From positions 17,615,653 to 17,679,652 of the forward strand of contig NC_134028.1 of assembly GCF_964204645.1 (NCBI RefSeq): 64,000 nucleotides of DNA. The letters run 5' to 3'. The stretch is from Tubulanus polymorphus. Lineage: Eukaryota > Animalia > Nemertea. Positions 60,758-64,000 of this stretch are shown piece after piece (position 1 is the stretch's first letter; each line of letters opens with the position of its first letter). The position numbers were made by a program, and so were the translations under genes. The notes below the pieces were generated by a model, which was not told where the DNA came from, made no database searches, and saw only the letters and a program-made list of their open reading frames with translations.

Positions 60758-63219
60758 GTGTCTTGGTCCGTTTGTTTTTTATCCTGGTCGTTTTTACTTT
60801 CGTCAATACGAGTCACGCGTTCGAACAACCATTGAATTATGGAGTGATATTTCAACATATGGGAACAATGGGTCAGAAAAATGAATTTTGGCTTCAAACT
60901 TTCAGCTTCTCGTTGCCTGAACCTATGAATTTGCCTGTATTTGGAGATTGTGTCGCTGATAGTCCGGTTTGTTCCCTCAGAAGAAAAACTGCCATTCATT
61001 TAAATGAGCTTCTGACTAGGTTAAACAGTCACATCGAGCATACAGATAAGTTGATACAGGACTTGGTCCCTGTACAGGCTAAACCTATGGGAAAGTCTCG
61101 AAGCCGTCGCACTGCTATTTTAGGATTCATTGGTCAGCTTTCGCGTACTCTTTTTGGCACGGCCACCCTTCATGATGTAGAGCTCCTTGCACAACACATC
61201 AATGCCCTCAATAAGCGCACTCGAAAAATGGCTTCCACATTTGAGCGCCATGGCAAGCATTTATCCTCGTATATGGCAACCTCGTCCAAACGTACTGATC
61301 TAGCATTTAGGGGTATCAAGTCTAATCACAAAGCAATATCCGATTTGTACACACGCTTCCAGGATACAACAAATGAACTTACCAAAGCGTCCGAAGAAAT
61401 TAATGTCTTGTACACCAATTATGTCGAAGCAAGTCAACAGGCCGAATTACAATTACTTGAAATAAAGCAGGCTGTATACGAATTACTTAGAGGTAAATTA
61501 TCTCCAGCTCTGATACCGAAAAATATTATCAAAGACACCATTTTTAGGATTAATGCTGAACTTGCTTCAGATTACCATGGTTTTATATTGGCAGAAAAGG
61601 ATCCTCAATATTATTATGATTTGGCCGAGATCGTCTTCACTAGAAATGGCTCAGCTATTGTTATCGGTATCAAGTTTCCTATTACGTCACTGGAACCTAG
61701 TCTACAACTATATAAAATTACTTCTTTTCCGGTTCCGATAAATGATAGTTCGGATCATTCCACGCAGCTACTAGATCTGCCTCCTTACTTTATCGCCTCC
61801 AAAGATTTACAGTTTTATTCAGATTTCTCATCATCGGATTTACAATCATGTACTAAAATAGGCTCAGCTTATCAATGCCCGCTAAACAAAGCGCTCACGT
61901 CTTTTACCGAATTATCTTGTTCGTCATCGTTGTTCATAGGTCGCAAATCCAAGATCCTTGATCTCTGTGACTTTCGGGTACAATTATCCAATGTAAAACC
62001 ACTTATTATGGAACTTAATCCTTCGGAACTGCTCGTTTATAAAATTCCGTCTATACGCTTGTCTTGTGATAAATCAGAAAAACAACTTAAAGGCTGCAAT
62101 TTTTGTATGCTACATATTCCATGTCTGTGTCGAGTTCACACTCAGGCTTTACAACTTAGACCGCGCTTAAATGCTTGTCGTCCTAAATCTAACATAACTA
62201 AGATTCATCCGATCAATTTAGCAGTCATACAATCTTTTTTCGACAAAACGCTACATCAGACTATTTATGCTAATACGCGATACGATAAACCTATGGTGTT
62301 CACACCTCCCGAGTTTAATATTTACAATCATTCAATGACTTCGCTGCTAGCTAATGATAAATCTGAACACTTGAGTCTGAAACGTATAGCCAAAGCTATA
62401 AACTCGGATAATAATATATACAAAACTTTAGCTGACTCCTTCGCCTCAGGTGACATTGCTATAGACATGTCTGGTCAGGGCTGGGACACTTACATCGCTT
62501 CGGCAGCGCTTGGTTGCGTCGGTGTTTTATTTTTGATTGTAGTCTACCAGCAGTTCCGGTTACGATCCATGGTCACGGCCATAGCTGTTCTACAAAATTT
62601 TCATTCGGCTAAAGCGGCCACAGATATTCCTGAATTTCACTTCAAAGGTCGAGTAATTGAAACCACTTCTAACACTCTTGCTATAGATGTACACACTCTT
62701 GTTCAATATGCGCTTTATGGCCTGTGTGCACTTTTGCTACTGATTGGTATTATTACGGTTATTCGGAAACTGCATATGACATTTATATATAGACCTCATA
62801 CTACGCTTGTCTTAGAGTTGTCAAATACGTCATCTTGTATACATATTCCTATATTGAATTTTGAACTTTGTCCTACTTTCCTACATATTACCACACCGAA
62901 AATAACCGATCTAACAGTCTCTAGCGGCCCTAATTATAAACTGCTTGCGGTCTGGAGTAATTTCTTGGTACAAAACAGAATCAATGATATCGTTTACGCC
63001 GTTCCTACTAAGTTGCGCCTATCATTCTTTCAAGCCCTCCACGCGCGCCGTATCATTAATTCGAAAGTTACGTTTTCAGCTCACTTTGTCCTTATTCATC
63101 AGAATAGATCTATCCTATTATCTAGCCCTCCGCTAACAGATAAGCATGTCATATCTGAATTATGGCAGGATACCAATACACCGCGCCAGCGTCATCAAAT
63201 TTTAGGCGAAGTGGTTTAG
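60758..63219 (+). CDS. env: Envelope/fusion glycoprotein of the Gypsy element (errantivirus/baculovirus F-like), probably expressed from a spliced RNA
   Basis: 818-codon open frame; signal peptide, furin site RSRR followed by TAILGFIGQLSRTLFGTATLHD, Cys-rich ectodomain, TM helices. No ATG; polypyrimidine tract + CAG acceptor at 60741-60757. Confidence 0.88.
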
Positions 63220-63957
63220 TCGAAATTTACAAGTAACATACTTAGTTGATGTATATATACTGCTCCACACGTATGTTAGATCTCATTGTTATTACTTTAT
63301 TATGACATCGTGTTATTTCAAAATTATTCTGTATGTTTATGTCAATTGATGCATGGTCCATGTACTAGAATGTTAAACGATTAATGTGACTATGGTAACG
63401 AAATGTATGACTTTGTGTTATTAAATAATAATATGTGTATTTATCTTTAGCTACAAGGTACTGAATGAAATCAAACGTATAACAAATGAATGATATACAA
63501 TAATATCTCATTATGTCAAACAGAAAAACTTCTTCTGTCAGTACAGTACTTGTAATTTCAGTATTGCGCTATTTGTTTCCGATACTGACCAAAATAATAT
63601 GCTAATTACTACGTATGTATGTTAATAGGCTCCTAAGAAGCCACGGCAACAGTATAGCCACTAGTAGCTACAATGTTTATGATATCTTGTTCATTAATAC
63701 ATGTATAAATATTAAATATGGGGTTAGTTTCTTTTAAAAAAAAAAAAATATTATATACGTCTTACGCATTATGTTATTGGCATTTTTAAATCAATTGCTT
63801 TCTTTTCACTTGTATATTTTGCATGTTTATCCTTATGGTTCTTTCATGGTATATTTGCGTTCAGCGTGTTCGCGTAATGTTGTGTTCGCTATAAACTTTT
63901 CACATATAATGTTCATTTTTTCTTCGCGCTTTCGGGGACGAAAACCAAAGATATACT

Positions 63958-64000
63958 AGGGGAGGATATAACAAGCTCAATTTTACTAATTCATTTCTAT
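63958..64000 (+). repeat. Polypurine tract and start of the Gypsy 3' LTR
   Basis: TTCGGGGACGAA...AGGGGAGGA then TATAAC (variant of TGTAAC) at 63967. Confidence 0.6.

Overview
Eukaryotic (most likely invertebrate animal) DNA made almost entirely of nested mobile elements, with no recognisable host gene. The centrepiece is a full-length 16.7-kb Polinton/Maverick-type endogenous virus (15146-31863; 6-bp TSD CACGAC, ~597-bp TIRs; pPolB, penton, major capsid protein, packaging ATPase, chromodomain integrase, HNH nuclease, several membrane proteins, no visible adenain protease) inserted in ORF1 of a LINE. A second, decayed copy of the same family (1-5809, minus strand) and a gene-poor relative with a related terminus (6512-11493) sit inside a BEL/Pao retrotransposon. 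Two unusual properties stand out. (i) Each end of this family is a long imperfect hairpin (152, 342 and 403 bp) whose mismatches mostly become G.T wobbles on the strand carrying the hairpin at its 3' end. (ii) Most structural genes are preceded by T-run/spacer/TAAATG, the architecture of poxvirus late promoters, suggesting a virophage-like element that depends on a poxvirus-like helper. The right half holds two related LTRs, an older divergent Polinton PolB, hAT and Mutator remnants, MITE clusters, a CR1/L2 remnant, and a Gypsy element with a chromodomain integrase and a spliced F-like envelope gene. All homology calls are from motif recognition by eye; no database search was run.
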